Shown: positions 1-9,918 of the stretch, piece by piece
Layout of the letters: each line of letters starts with the position of its first letter
Numbering within the stretch: the first letter of the stretch is position 1
Source: Desulfobulbus propionicus DSM 2032
Lineage (GTDB): Bacteria; Desulfobacterota; Desulfobulbia; Desulfobulbales; Desulfobulbaceae
Assembly: GCF_000186885.1 (NCBI RefSeq)
Contig: NC_014972.1
Coordinates: forward strand, 1,620,001-1,652,000
DNA length: 32,000 bases
Direction of reading: 5' to 3'
Program-made: the position numbers and the translations under genes
The notes under the pieces: model-generated
Told to the model about the DNA's origin: nothing
Databases searched by the model: none
Seen by the model: the letters and a program-made list of their open reading frames with translations, nothing else

Positions 1-1260
1 ATCGTACTCGCGAATCGCGGTCTGCGCTACCTGGCATAGTTCCTTGAGAATGAAATCGCCGATCTGGTGTCCGTTGACGTCGTTGAATTTCTTGAAGTGG
101 TCGATGTCCGCCAACAAAAGGGAGAGCGGCGCATGATTGCGGATGGCCCGATTGATTTCCGAGTGAAGGGAATGATGGAAAAAACGATGGTTGCTGATCT
201 CGGTCAACCCGTCGAGGTTGGCCAGCTTTTCCAGCAGGCGGTTCCGCTCGGTCAACTGCCGTCGTATCTGTTCCAGCGCGGTCTTGGCCTGGGTCAGTTC
301 GCGGTGCATCGCTTCATAACTGAGATGAAGCAAGCTGAGTCGGATATTGGCCTCCTGGATGATCTCGGCCACCGGTCGCAACGAGGTGATGTTCACCCCA
401 AAAAAGCGGGCTGATTTTTCGATTTCCCGGTTGATGATCTTGAGGATGGTCTTGATTTTCACGTCTTCCAGGCCGAGCAGCCGATGGGCGTGGTCCACAA
501 ACTGGCGGTGAAATCGCTCGGGATGAACGGAAAAGAAAATCCTGGTGACCAGCGCGGACAAGTGAGTGATTTTAATGGCCAGATCCTCTTTCGGATCCGT
601 ACCGGGGTAGGCAAGGGGATCGTGATGGTAGCGGATGGCGGCTAGAATGGGGGAGGGGAGTGCCCATAAACGGCCAATTTCAGCGCCAGAGATGGTGTGT
701 GTCAGGCCAATATATTCTTCTTCCAAGGAAAGTTCGCACACCTCGGCTGAACCAGCCGTCAGGTGCTGTGTTAGCCGGTCGTAACGCCTGGGGATTGTGA
801 GCGCGAAGATTAAACAACCGATATCCTGCAGCAAACCAATGGTAAACATTTCCTCGGGGTCCATCCGCCCGGTCTGTTCGGCAAGCAGGCGAGCGGCTGT
901 CGCGCCAACCAGCGAGCGTTCCCAGAATTGATTGAGATCAAACCGATCGTGGGACTGTGCCTCTCCCATGGAGAGAAAAGTGAAACTCAGGACCAGGCTG
1001 CGCACCGCGTTGATCCCCAGCAGGGAGACAGCTTGACTGATCGAGCCGATCTTTTGCGGAAAACAATACAAGGCGGAATTGGCGACCTTGAGAATTCTGG
1101 CTGAAAGTGCCATGTCCTGGGCGATGAGGGTTGTCAGGTCAGGAAAAGAAATGTCGTCCTGTGAGGTAACTTCGAGGACCTTGGCGGCAACAGCTGGAAG
1201 TGTCGGCAGCGAGGCGGAGGAGAGAATCGCGTTAAGCGCTTTGTTGAGTGGCGTGGACAT
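1..1260 (-). CDS. HDOD domain + GGDEF domain signalling protein (putative diguanylate cyclase); C-terminus cut by window edge
   Basis: Absent from the ORF track because it runs off the window. Reverse-complement translation from the ATG at 1260-1258 gives MSTPLNKALNAILSSASLPTLPAVAAKVLEVTSQDDISFPDLTTLIAQDMALSARILKVANSALYCFPQKIGSISQAVSLLGINAVRSLVL (HDOD-like). After a coiled-coil-like linker it gives LDGLTEISNHRFFHHSL...LLLADIDHFKKFNDVNGHQIGD (start of a GGDEF domain). The frame stays open to position 1. Confidence 0.8.
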   Translation of the reverse strand, partial: MSTPLNKALNAILSSASLPTLPAVAAKVLEVTSQDDISFPDLTTLIAQDMALSARILKVANSALYCFPQKIGSISQAVSLLGINAVRSLVLSFTFLSMGEAQSHDRFDLNQFWERSLVGATAARLLAEQTGRMDPEEMFTIGLLQDIGCLIFALTIPRRYDRLTQHLTAGSAEVCELSLEEEYIGLTHTISGAEIGRLWALPSPILAAIRYHHDPLAYPGTDPKEDLAIKITHLSALVTRIFFSVHPERFHRQFVDHAHRLLGLEDVKIKTILKIINREIEKSARFFGVNITSLRPVAEIIQEANIRLSLLHLSYEAMHRELTQAKTALEQIRRQLTERNRLLEKLANLDGLTEISNHRFFHHSLHSEINRAIRNHAPLSLLLADIDHFKKFNDVNGHQIGDFILKELCQVAQTAIREYD

Positions 1261-1628
1261 GACCGATGCTGTCGTTCGTGCGAGTCGGAATGGACAGGGT
1301 GGTAGCCTAACGAGAAAAAAGATTTTTTTATATCACGCCGTTCCCTGATTTGCTTCTCTCTTTTTGATGGCAGCCGCATTTAATCAAAACCGAACAGGAA
1401 TCATGGCGAAGGAATGCTGAAGGAACGCAATTATCGAGGAAACCTGTCATGGCCGGTAACGCCTTGTGAGACATGCGAAAAAAAGAGTGTTGCTGGGTAA
1501 CGAGACAGGTTGGGGTGAAAGGAGGGGATGAAAAAAATCGACATGAAAAATCAACGGACTGCCAACAAAAACCAAGAAAATGGGAGAGCTGGTAAACAAA
1601 AGTCTTGCGAAGGCTGCTTGAATTTGTC

Positions 1629-1688
1629 TTGACACTCTAATTGTTTGCTGGTATTTGACTTGCGGTTTTCAGCGGTATGCTGTATAAA
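1629..1688 (+). promoter_or_regulatory. Candidate sigma70-type promoter(s) for tRNA-Val/thrS
   Basis: First candidate: TTGACA at 1629-1634, 17-nt spacer, TATTTG at 1652-1657. Second candidate: TTGCGG at 1660-1665, 17-nt spacer, TATAAA at 1683-1688 preceded by TG. Motif match by eye only. Confidence 0.3.
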
Positions 1689-1713
1689 AGCCATTCCAAA
1701 CATCAAATGATGT

Positions 1714-1788
1714 AGGCGCGTAGCTCAGTGGGAGAGCGCTACCTTGACGTGGTAGATGTCGTCGGTTCGACCCCGTCCGCGCCTACCA
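1714..1788 (+). tRNA. tRNA-Val (anticodon GAC)
   Basis: Cloverleaf folded by hand. Acceptor stem AGGCGCG/CGCGCCT. D arm GCTC-AGTGGGA-GAGC. Anticodon arm CTACC-TTGACGT-GGTAG with GAC at positions 34-36. T arm GTCGG-TTCGACC-CCGTC with one U-U mismatch. Encoded ACCA 3' end. Confidence 0.9.
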
Positions 1789-1795
1789 ATTTTTC

Positions 1796-1840
1796 AAAGG
1801 CTAGGATGCAGATTTATCTGCTCATTAGCCTTTCCTTTTT
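1796..1840 (+). terminator. Imperfect hairpin plus T-run after tRNA-Val, ending 10 nt before the thrS ATG
   Basis: Outer stem AAAGGCTA (1796-1803) pairs with TAGCCTTT (1826-1833). Inner stem GCAGA/TCTGC has loop TTTA. The hairpin is followed by CCTTTTT. Confidence 0.4.
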
Positions 1841-1849
1841 ACAGGCACG

Positions 1850-3775
1850 ATGGCAGAGATATCGGTTTCCTTACAAGACGGTGAAAATAAGTCGTTTCCG
1901 CTGGGGACAGCAGTCGCGGATGTGCTCAAGGATCTGGTTTCCGGTAAGCAGCGCAAGCAGACCGTGGCGGTGAAGTGCGACGGTCGTCTGCTGGATTTAT
2001 CGACACCTCTGGCGATGGATGCGGTCATCGAACCGGTATCTGTGCACTCGGAAGCAGGTCTGGAAATTCTGCGCCATTCCACAGCTCATATCATGGCCTT
2101 GGCGGTCAAGGAGCTGTTTGGCGATCAGGTGAAAGTGGCCATCGGCCCGGCGATTGAAGACGGGTTTTACTACGATTTTGATCGGGAAAAGCCTTTTTCC
2201 TCCGAAGAATTCGAGCAGATAGAAGCCAAGATGGCGGAGCTGGCCAACGCTCGTCTCCCTTTTGTCCGGCAAGAGATGCCCAAGGAAGAGGCAATCCGTT
2301 TTTTTGAGCAGCACGGCGAAATTTACAAACTCGAACTGCTGCGGGAGATGGAAGCGGAAACCGTCAGTCTGTACACCCATGGTGGTTTCGTCGATCTGTG
2401 CCGCGGCCCCCATGTTCCGGATTCTTCCTGGATCAAAGTGTTCAAGCTGTTGCGGGTGGCAGGGTCGTATTGGCGGGGCGATGAGAAACGGCAGATGTTG
2501 ACCCGCATCTATGGGACTGCCTTTGCGGACAAGAAAGAGCTGCAACAGTATCTTGCCCGGCTGGAGGAGGCCCGTAAGCGCGACCATCGCAAGCTGGGCA
2601 AGCAGTTGGGATTGTTTACCATTCAAGACCAGATCGGTCCGGGGTTGATCCTCTGGCAGCCGCGTGGCGCCCTTCTTCGCCGGCTGATCGAGGATTACTG
2701 GAAGGATGAGCACTACCGAAACGGCTACCAGTTGCTCTATACCCCGCACATTGCCCGCCAGGATCTGTGGAAAACCTCGGGACATCTTGATTTCTACGGC
2801 GAAAACATGTATTCCGCCATGGAGATCGACGAGGTGATGTATCAGTTGAAGCCAATGAATTGTCCGTTTCACATTGGCGTCTACAATGCCGACAAGCACA
2901 GTTACCGGGAGTTTCCCATTCGCTGGTGCGAGTTGGGCACGGTTTATCGCTACGAACGGACCGGTGCGCTGCATGGCCTGATGCGGGTACGTGGTTTTAC
3001 CCAAGACGACGCGCACATATTCTGCCGTCCCGATCAGTTGGAAGAAGAGATATTTAACATCATTGATCTTAACTTGCATATTCTCAAGACGTTTGGGTTT
3101 GATCAATATGATGTCTATCTTTCCACCCGGCCCGAAAAGTACGTCGGTTCGGATGAGCACTGGCAGTTGTCGACCCAGGCGTTGAAGCAGGCCCTTGAGA
3201 AAAAAGGGTTGGCGTATCAGCTGGATCCGGGAGAGGGGGTTTTCTATGGCCCCAAGATCGATATCAAGATCAAGGATCAGCTGGGACGGTCGTGGCAATG
3301 CTCCACCATTCAGGTTGACTTCAATCTGCCAGAACGATTTCAGATGAACTATACCGGCGTTGATGGCGCTGAGCATCAGCCGATCATGATCCATCGAGCT
3401 TTGATGGGGTCGCTTGAGCGCTTTATCGGGGTGCTGATCGAGCACTACGCAGGTGCCTTTCCCCTTTGGCTCGCTCCGGAACAGGCGCGGATAATGAATA
3501 TTACCGATGACCAGGGCGAATACTGCGAACAGGTGCATGCCCGGTTGCGGGCCATGGGCGTGCGTATTGACAAGGATGTGCGCAACGAAAAGTTGAATTA
3601 CAAAATTCGTGAAGCTCAGCTGATGAAAGTCCCCTACATGTTGATTGTCGGCGAGCGTGAGAAGCAAGAAGGCACGGTTACGGTGCGAAAGAGAGATGGA
3701 GAAAATTTGCCGGCCATGACGCCGGAAGCATTCGTTGATCTCGTTATTGAGGAATGCGGACGTCGTCACGTCTGA
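1850..3775 (+). CDS. thrS: Threonine--tRNA ligase
   Basis: 641-aa ORF. It has a TGS-like N-terminus (ISVSLQDGENKSFPLGTAVADV), the editing-domain motif HSTAHIMA, a class II core (MNCPFH, FRWCELGTVYRYE, GLMRVRGFTQDDAHIF) and a C-terminal anticodon-binding region. It sits in the classic thrS-infC-rpmI-rplT-pheST cluster. Confidence 0.97.
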   Translation: MAEISVSLQDGENKSFPLGTAVADVLKDLVSGKQRKQTVAVKCDGRLLDLSTPLAMDAVIEPVSVHSEAGLEILRHSTAHIMALAVKELFGDQVKVAIGPAIEDGFYYDFDREKPFSSEEFEQIEAKMAELANARLPFVRQEMPKEEAIRFFEQHGEIYKLELLREMEAETVSLYTHGGFVDLCRGPHVPDSSWIKVFKLLRVAGSYWRGDEKRQMLTRIYGTAFADKKELQQYLARLEEARKRDHRKLGKQLGLFTIQDQIGPGLILWQPRGALLRRLIEDYWKDEHYRNGYQLLYTPHIARQDLWKTSGHLDFYGENMYSAMEIDEVMYQLKPMNCPFHIGVYNADKHSYREFPIRWCELGTVYRYERTGALHGLMRVRGFTQDDAHIFCRPDQLEEEIFNIIDLNLHILKTFGFDQYDVYLSTRPEKYVGSDEHWQLSTQALKQALEKKGLAYQLDPGEGVFYGPKIDIKIKDQLGRSWQCSTIQVDFNLPERFQMNYTGVDGAEHQPIMIHRALMGSLERFIGVLIEHYAGAFPLWLAPEQARIMNITDDQGEYCEQVHARLRAMGVRIDKDVRNEKLNYKIREAQLMKVPYMLIVGEREKQEGTVTVRKRDGENLPAMTPEAFVDLVIEECGRRHV

Positions 3776-3803
3776 ACACAACACTACAACTGGAGGAACG
3801 AAC

Positions 3804-4352
3804 ATTAAAAAACGAGGCATTCGAAAACCTTCCACTCAGCAGGATCTGAAAATCAAAATCAACGAAGATATCGATTACCGGGAAATTCGACTCGTTGATT
3901 CCGATGGAACACAACGCGGTATCGTCAGCACCAAAGTCGCTTTGGAGGCGGCCCAGGAGCAGGGCCTTGATTTGGTCGAAGTTTCCGATAAGGCTGATCC
4001 GCCTGTGTGCCGGATCATGAATTTTGACAAGTTCCGTTACGAGCTGAAAAAGAAACAGCAGGAAGCCAAGAAAAAACAGACCGTAATTGAAACCAGAGAA
4101 ATCAAGTTTAGGCCTAAAACCGAAGAACACGATTTGAATTTCAAGATACGTAAAATCAAGGAATTCCTGGCGGAAAAAAATAAAGTTAAGGTGACCATGC
4201 GTTTCCGCGGCCGCGAAATTGTCTATGCCCAGACCATAGGACTTGACGCGCTGACAAAAATCGCTGATACGTTGCGTGAAGATTGCGTGATCATTCAGGA
4301 ACCCAAAATGGAAGGTCGGCAGCTCGTTATGTTTGTCGGTCCCAAAGCCTAA
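3804..4352 (+). CDS. infC: Translation initiation factor IF-3, probable ATT start
   Basis: The ORF contains INEDIDYREIRLVDSDGTQRGIVSTKVALEAAQEQGLDLVEV and KEIKFRPKTEEHDLNFKIRKIKEFL, both typical of IF-3. GGAGG lies at 3792-3796, 7 nt upstream of an in-frame ATT at 3804. The upstream ATG at 3735 would overlap thrS by 41 nt and add a non-conserved extension. Confidence 0.9.
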   Translation: MKKRGIRKPSTQQDLKIKINEDIDYREIRLVDSDGTQRGIVSTKVALEAAQEQGLDLVEVSDKADPPVCRIMNFDKFRYELKKKQQEAKKKQTVIETREIKFRPKTEEHDLNFKIRKIKEFLAEKNKVKVTMRFRGREIVYAQTIGLDALTKIADTLREDCVIIQEPKMEGRQLVMFVGPKA

Positions 4353-4425
4353 AGGTGCAATTCGTTATTCAATAACTACATTCCGGCCAGATGTTGGACC
4401 GGGGAAGATGTAAGGAGCGTGTACC

Positions 4426-4623
4426 ATGCCGAAAATGAAAACCAACCGAGGGGCTGCCAAGCGGTTTAAGGCTACCGGTGGCGGACGGATCCGCCGCGCC
4501 AAGGCCTTTGCCTCTCACATATTGACCAAGAAATCAACCAAGCGGAAACGTAACCTGCGAAAATCCGCCTTGATTGCCGAAGTGGACACCAAAGCCGTAC
4601 GGCGGATGTTGCCATACATGTAA
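4426..4623 (+). CDS. rpmI: 50S ribosomal protein L35
   Basis: 65-aa basic protein beginning [29 protein letters not shown] lies upstream. Conserved position after infC. Confidence 0.95.
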   Translation: MPKMKTNRGAAKRFKATGGGRIRRAKAFASHILTKKSTKRKRNLRKSALIAEVDTKAVRRMLPYM

Positions 4624-4727
4624 GAGACGTAACGGTCTGAGCGGGATGCTCAGGCTCTGCCATCACCATCGGGAGAGTTCCGCCATTTCAGGCGGTCTTT
4701 CTTTTCTTTGCTAGAACGGAGAAGACA

Positions 4728-5081
4728 ATGCCTCGTGTAACACGCGGTTTCAAAGCACGCCGCAGAAGAAATAAAGTACTGACTCTGGCCAAAGGTTTTC
4801 GTGGCGGTAAGCACCGGTTGTTCAAGACCGCCGCTGAAGCGGTTGATCGTGCCTTGTGCTACGCGTACCGGGACCGCCGCGTAAAAAAACGGGAGTTTCG
4901 TCAGCTATGGATCGCCCGCATTAACGCGGCCGCCAAGCAGAACGGCACCAGCTACAGCCGACTGATCAATGGATTGAGCAAGAATTCGATCGAACTTGAT
5001 CGCAAGGTGCTTTCCAACCTGGCCATCGTTGATCCCAACGCCTTTTCAGCAGTGGTCAAGGCCTCCGGGCAGGCCTCCTGA
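4728..5081 (+). CDS. rplT: 50S ribosomal protein L20
   Basis: 117-aa protein beginning [26 protein letters not shown], with [31 protein letters not shown] lies upstream. Confidence 0.95.
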   Translation: MPRVTRGFKARRRRNKVLTLAKGFRGGKHRLFKTAAEAVDRALCYAYRDRRVKKREFRQLWIARINAAAKQNGTSYSRLINGLSKNSIELDRKVLSNLAIVDPNAFSAVVKASGQAS

Positions 5082-5097
5082 ACACGGTTGAAAGTGT

Positions 5098-6111
5098 ATG
5101 GAAAGCGAGCTGCTCAGGCTCAAGCAGGAGGCCGAAGAGGCTTTGGGGCGGATTGATGATCTGGCCCAGCTTGAAACCTTTAGAGTTACCTATCTCGGAA
5201 GAAAAGGCGGTCTGCTCAGCGGTGCCTTGCGGCAACTGGGGAGCGTGGCCGCTGATGAGCGCCCTCGGCTCGGCCAATTGGCCAATGCCATCAAGCAGGA
5301 GATCGAAGACCGGTTCGAGACACTTAAGGCCCAGTTTCAGGCCTCGGCGCTGACACGGGCCGGCGGGGAAGTGGATCTCAGCTTGCCCGGTCGCTATCTG
5401 CCGTTTGGTAAACTGCATCCAGTCACCCAAGTCATGGAGGAAATCTGCTCGATTTTCGAAGGGTTGGGGTTTGCGGTGGCTGAAGGACCGGATGTGGAAA
5501 GCGATTACTATAATTTCGAAGCGCTCAACATCCCCAAACATCATCCAGCCCGTGACATGCATGACACCTTTTATGTCACGGATTCAATTCTCCTGCGTAC
5601 CCATACCTCACCCATGCAGGCAAGGATCATGGAGCAACAGGAACCACCGTTGCGTTACATCGCACCTGGCAAGGTGTATCGGTGCGATTCGGATATCACC
5701 CATACCCCTATGTTTCATCAAGTGGAAGGCTTTCTGGTCGATAGGGAGGTTTCCTTTGCCGATTTGAAAGGGGTGCTGACCAGCTTTACTCACAAGATGT
5801 TCGAGCGGGAACTTGCCTTGCGTTTCCGTCCCAGTTTTTTTCCCTTCACCGAACCCAGTGCTGAGGTTGACATTGCCTGCGTGATCTGTGGCGGCAAAGG
5901 ATGTCGGGTTTGCAAACGCACGGGATGGCTCGAAATTCTTGGGTCCGGCCTTATTGACCCCGAGGTGTTGAAGATGGTGGGGTACGATCCTGATCTCTAT
6001 TCCGGATTCGCTTTTGGTCTCGGCGTTGAACGGATAGCCATGCTCAAATATGGCATTGACGATATCCGTTTGTATTACGAAAACGACCTCCGGTTTCTCT
6101 CCCAGTTTTAG
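5098..6111 (+). CDS. pheS: Phenylalanine--tRNA ligase alpha subunit
   Basis: 337-aa ORF with class II motifs ([50 protein letters not shown]). Confidence 0.96.
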   Translation: MESELLRLKQEAEEALGRIDDLAQLETFRVTYLGRKGGLLSGALRQLGSVAADERPRLGQLANAIKQEIEDRFETLKAQFQASALTRAGGEVDLSLPGRYLPFGKLHPVTQVMEEICSIFEGLGFAVAEGPDVESDYYNFEALNIPKHHPARDMHDTFYVTDSILLRTHTSPMQARIMEQQEPPLRYIAPGKVYRCDSDITHTPMFHQVEGFLVDREVSFADLKGVLTSFTHKMFERELALRFRPSFFPFTEPSAEVDIACVICGGKGCRVCKRTGWLEILGSGLIDPEVLKMVGYDPDLYSGFAFGLGVERIAMLKYGIDDIRLYYENDLRFLSQF

Positions 6112-6344
6112 AACGCCGCCTTTTCGTTCCTTGCACAAGACCGTCCGCTCCATCTCGTGCGAGGGATGATTCCGACATGGTACCTGCAAGCCGAATCGCT
6201 TGCCGCGCTCCAGCGGTCGACGACCTCACGAGAGGCCGAAAAGGAAGGAGCGCCTCCCGCTTCTTCCTTGATCGGCCTAATTTGGGAAGCGGCAGGTGTC
6301 GAACACAACATTTATCATGATGAGCTGTTGCTGATAGGATCGTT

Positions 6345-8792
6345 ATGAAATTCACGCTGAGTTGGCTGAATCAATTCATTTCCACCGCAGGAATGACTTC
6401 GGCGCAGATAGCCGACCAATTAACCATGCTCGGGCTTGAGGTTGACAGTGTCGAAGAGTTGTCTGCACACCTCGCCCCGATCACTGTGGCCCGGGTAACC
6501 GAGGTCAGCCAACATCCCGATGCCGATAAATTAACGGTATGTGTTGTCGATACCGGCGAGGAGATCGTCCAGGTGGTGTGTGGTGCGCCCAATGTCCGGC
6601 CTGGGATGTTCACCGCCATCGCCAAGCCCGGCGTCAAGCTTCCCGACGGTACCAAAATAAAAAAATCCAAGGTCCGGGGCGTTGTTTCCGCTGGAATGCT
6701 CTGTTCGGCGCGTGAGTTGGGCTTGAACGACGATCATAGCGGCATCCTCGACTTGCAGGGACCGTTTGCTCCGGGGCTGCCACTGGTGGAAGCGCTCGAT
6801 CTTCGCGATACAGTGATCGAGGTCGATCTGACACCGAATCGCCCTGATTGCGCCAGCGTTCGCGGCATTGCCCGTGAAGTCGGCAGTTTCACTGGGGGCG
6901 TCTTGAAGCCGCTCGTCGCCCAAGTAACCCCATTAACCGGAAAGAATATCGATTTTGAAGTGATCATCGATGATCCGACCTTGTGCCCTCGATATACCGC
7001 CCGAAAATTGATCAATGTTACTATCGGACCTTCTCCTCGCTGGATGCAGCAACGGCTCAGTGCCGTGGGGATGCGGCCGATCAACAACATCGTTGATATC
7101 ACCAACTACGTGATGCTCGAGTCCGGGCAGCCGATGCACGCCTTTGATTTCGCTACGTTGCGGGACAGCAAGATCATTGTCCGTCGGCCAACCGTGCAAG
7201 AGACGAGCATCACCACCCTCGACGGCAGTCAACGGCAGCTTGACCCAGACATGTTGCTCATCTGCGATGGCCAGGGCCCCATCGCGGTGGCCGGAGTCAT
7301 GGGAGGATTGGATACAGAAATCACTGACCGTACCACCACTATCCTGCTTGAGTCCGCCTGTTTCAATCCCGTGTCCATACGGCGCACTGCTCGCAAATTG
7401 GGAATTCCATCCGAGTCTTCCTATCGATTTGAACGAGGGGTCGACCCGAACCTCGCGGATATCGCCCTGGAACGGGCTGTGGAGTTGATGGTCGAATATG
7501 CCGGCGCCCAGGCGGATCCGGACGGTATCGATGTCTATCCAGGAAAAAAACCTTTGTTGACCCTGCAACTGCGCGTCAACCGGGTGTGCGGGTTGCTGGG
7601 CATGGAGCTGAATCGCGACCAGGTTGCGGATTATTTGCGATCCATTGAGTTTGCTGTCACCGCACTGGATGAGGCGACCCTGGAAGTTGTGGTTCCAAGC
7701 TTCCGGATCGATATCGAGCGTGAAGTGGACCTGATTGAAGAAGTCGCCCGATTGGTCGGGTACAATTCCATACCCACCGCATTGCCGCTCATTCGGATGG
7801 ACTATCCCAAACGGGATGACCTGCGTGCCTTGCGGCAGGATATTGCCCGTATTCTCACCGCACAAGGCTTTTTTGAGGCAATCAACTACAGCTTTGTCAG
7901 TGAACATCATTTGGATATCTGCCGCCTTGCCGAAAACGACGCCCGGCGACAGGTGACCCGGCTTCTCAATCCGCTCTCGGAGGAACAGGCGGTCATGCGA
8001 TCCATGCTTCTTCCCGGATTGCTTGAGAATGTTCGCCGCAATATCAATTTCCAGTGTCCCGACATTCGATTGTTTGAAACGGGCAAGATTTTCTTGCAGC
8101 AACAACCTAATGCGTTGCCCGAGGAACGATTGTATCTTTGCGCGGTCATGAGCGGGCAGCGTTATCCCAAGGCTGAACCGTTCTACCATGCCAACCAGGA
8201 AATCGATTTCTTTGATGTCAAGGGTGCAGCCGCCAACCTGTTGCAGGTGCTGCGCATGACCGGAAATGATCAGGCACCATTGTTCCGACAAGTCGCTGAA
8301 TTGACGCAACCGTATAGTGACCCCGGCTGTTCGGTAGCGATTATGGATGGCGACATCGTGATCGGATCCGTGGGCCGCGTGCACCCAGAGACTCTCAAAG
8401 GCTTTGCAATCAAACAGCCTGTCTATTTTTTGGAGATTGATCTCCAGCATCTGATGAACCTAAACAGAGTGCCGAAACAGTTCAAGACGTTGCCCAAATT
8501 TCCTTCAGTCAAGCGCGATGCCAGTCTTGTCGTGCCGGACCATGTCCCGGCTGGAGAGTTACTCGTGGCAATCCGAACTCAGCGGCAGAAATATCTTGAG
8601 TCAGCCGAGATCTTTGATGTATATCGTGGCAAACCGATCCAGGCAGGATATAAGAGCGTCTCCCTTTCTTTCACCTATCGTTCGGAGACGGCCACGCTGG
8701 ATGATCAATCGGTTGATAAAATTCACGATAAATTGATGAAATTATTAATGGCAGATTTCAATGCCTGTTATCGCCAAGGATTTGATGCATGA
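6345..8792 (+). CDS. pheT: Phenylalanine--tRNA ligase beta subunit
   Basis: 815-aa ORF. N-terminus MKFTLSWLNQF, a tRNA-binding (OB) region VCGAPNV, B3/4 and B5 regions, and a C-terminal FDX-ACB-like domain (KFPSVKRDASLVV...FDVYRGK). Confidence 0.96.
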   Translation: MKFTLSWLNQFISTAGMTSAQIADQLTMLGLEVDSVEELSAHLAPITVARVTEVSQHPDADKLTVCVVDTGEEIVQVVCGAPNVRPGMFTAIAKPGVKLPDGTKIKKSKVRGVVSAGMLCSARELGLNDDHSGILDLQGPFAPGLPLVEALDLRDTVIEVDLTPNRPDCASVRGIAREVGSFTGGVLKPLVAQVTPLTGKNIDFEVIIDDPTLCPRYTARKLINVTIGPSPRWMQQRLSAVGMRPINNIVDITNYVMLESGQPMHAFDFATLRDSKIIVRRPTVQETSITTLDGSQRQLDPDMLLICDGQGPIAVAGVMGGLDTEITDRTTTILLESACFNPVSIRRTARKLGIPSESSYRFERGVDPNLADIALERAVELMVEYAGAQADPDGIDVYPGKKPLLTLQLRVNRVCGLLGMELNRDQVADYLRSIEFAVTALDEATLEVVVPSFRIDIEREVDLIEEVARLVGYNSIPTALPLIRMDYPKRDDLRALRQDIARILTAQGFFEAINYSFVSEHHLDICRLAENDARRQVTRLLNPLSEEQAVMRSMLLPGLLENVRRNINFQCPDIRLFETGKIFLQQQPNALPEERLYLCAVMSGQRYPKAEPFYHANQEIDFFDVKGAAANLLQVLRMTGNDQAPLFRQVAELTQPYSDPGCSVAIMDGDIVIGSVGRVHPETLKGFAIKQPVYFLEIDLQHLMNLNRVPKQFKTLPKFPSVKRDASLVVPDHVPAGELLVAIRTQRQKYLESAEIFDVYRGKPIQAGYKSVSLSFTYRSETATLDDQSVDKIHDKLMKLLMADFNACYRQGFDA

Positions 8793-9079
8793 AGAAGAAG
8801 AACGTGACCCGCAAGGAACTGGCCATATCCGTGAATGAAAAATTGGGTGTATCCCAGCGGAATGCTGCCGAAATCGTCGATACCGTGTTCGCGATCATGA
8901 AGACCACAATGGTAGCTGGAGAATCGATCAAACTGGTGCAATTCGGCACACTGACGGTTCGGGATAAATCGCCCCGCCGTGGCCGTAATCCACGAACCGG
9001 CGAGTCGATGACCATCACCAAACGACAGATGGTTTCTTTTCGTCCGAGTAAGCGGTTGCGCGAACGGCTCAACAAGTGA
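8789..9079 (+). CDS. ihfA: Integration host factor alpha-like / HU-family DNA-bending protein
   Basis: 96-aa protein with TRKELAISVNEKLGVSQRNAAEIVDTVF and GRNPRTGESMTI (DNA-binding arm). Its ATG overlaps the pheT stop (ATGA at 8789-8792). The position after pheT matches ihfA in many Proteobacteria. Confidence 0.85.
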   Translation: MKKKNVTRKELAISVNEKLGVSQRNAAEIVDTVFAIMKTTMVAGESIKLVQFGTLTVRDKSPRRGRNPRTGESMTITKRQMVSFRPSKRLRERLNK

Positions 9080-9165
9080 AAGCCAATTTGACCTCATCGA
9101 GGCACTGTTTTATACTGTTAGCAACGGGGTGACTTCGTTCAGATAACTCTGCTCTGCGTTGACGA

Positions 9166-9570
9166 TTGAATGTGAAACGATCGGCTTCAGTTTCAGCCAA
9201 GATACCGGATAAAGTTTATTTCCGAATCGGCGAAGTCAGCCAATTGGTTGGAGTTGATCCCCATGTATTGCGCTACTGGGAAACCGAGTTTTCACTCATC
9301 AAACCTTTTCGCGGGAAATCCAAACAGAGACTGTATCGCCGGCAAGATGTGGAAAATTTGCTCCACATTAAAGCGTTGCTCCATGAACAAGGGTATACGA
9401 TTTCTGGAGCGCGAAGGCATCTTGCCCAAACAGACTATTCTTACCCTCTTCAATCCTCGTGCATAGATCAGGAGCCTGCCTCTCGCGATACGGACATATA
9501 CCCCCTACTTTTGTTGATGAAGACAGAACTGCGGGAACTTTTGACTTTGCTCGGGCCGGTAAAAGACTAG
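9166..9570 (+). CDS. MerR-family transcriptional regulator
   Basis: 134-aa ORF with a TTG start per the ORF track. It has a helix-turn-helix [25 protein letters not shown] followed by [18 protein letters not shown]. The exact start is uncertain. Confidence 0.75.
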   Translation: MNVKRSASVSAKIPDKVYFRIGEVSQLVGVDPHVLRYWETEFSLIKPFRGKSKQRLYRRQDVENLLHIKALLHEQGYTISGARRHLAQTDYSYPLQSSCIDQEPASRDTDIYPLLLLMKTELRELLTLLGPVKD

Positions 9571-9629
9571 ATTTGCAACTAAAGGTTGACAGCTGTAAGG
9601 GTAGGTGCTAAAAACACCGCACATTTTCT

Positions 9630-9706
9630 CGGAACGTAGCGCAGTCTGGTAGCGCACCTGAATGGGGTTCAGGGGGCCGGAGGTTCAAATCCTCTCGTTC
9701 CGACCA
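9630..9706 (+). tRNA. tRNA-Pro (anticodon GGG)
   Basis: Acceptor stem CGGAACG/CGTTCCG. D arm GCGC-AGTCTGGTA-GCGC. Anticodon arm CCTGA-ATGGGGT-TCAGG with GGG at positions 34-36. T arm GGAGG-TTCAAAT-CCTCT. Encoded ACCA. Confidence 0.92.
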
Positions 9707-9716
9707 GTAAAATCAA

Positions 9717-9755
9717 GGGGTTAGATGCTTTTTCGAGCGTCTAACCCCTTTTTTT
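9717..9755 (+). terminator. Rho-independent terminator after tRNA-Pro
   Basis: 12-bp stem GGGGTTAGATGC / GCGTCTAACCCC (one G-U pair), 8-nt loop, followed by TTTTTTT (9749-9755). Confidence 0.8.
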
Positions 9756-9918
9756 ATACCCACCCCTGTGTTTTCAATGGCTCCAGCCGATTCCCATGTT
9801 TAACATGCTGTTTTAACGCATCATTTTTTCAAGTTGCACTCATTTTTAATCGTTGTATATCGTTGGTTATCGTTTCCTGTGCACGGAAATTTACACTCAA
9901 ATTTACACACGAAAAACG

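Noticed and set aside
1079-1635. Small ORFs (1079-1348 +, 1134-1379 -, 1447-1635 -)
   Set aside because: They overlap the 5' end or upstream region of the HDOD-GGDEF gene, have odd composition and lack SD sequences. They are most likely non-coding promoter/leader DNA.
3735-3803. ATG at 3735 as the infC start
   Set aside because: It overlaps thrS by 41 nt, lacks an SD and adds a non-conserved N-terminal extension. The ATT at 3804 with GGAGG is a better fit.
1997-3835. 612-aa ORF on the minus strand
   Set aside because: It is entirely antisense to thrS, whose product has unmistakable synthetase motifs. This is a typical shadow ORF in GC-rich coding DNA.
4680-4712. Hairpin CCGCC-ATTTCA-GGCGG followed by a T-rich tract between rpmI and rplT, considered as a terminator or L20 regulatory site
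   Set aside because: The stem is only 5 bp, and rplT is normally co-transcribed with rpmI. There is not enough support to call a feature.
6933-8450. 505-aa ORF on the minus strand
   Set aside because: It is antisense to pheT and has no recognisable motifs. Shadow ORF.
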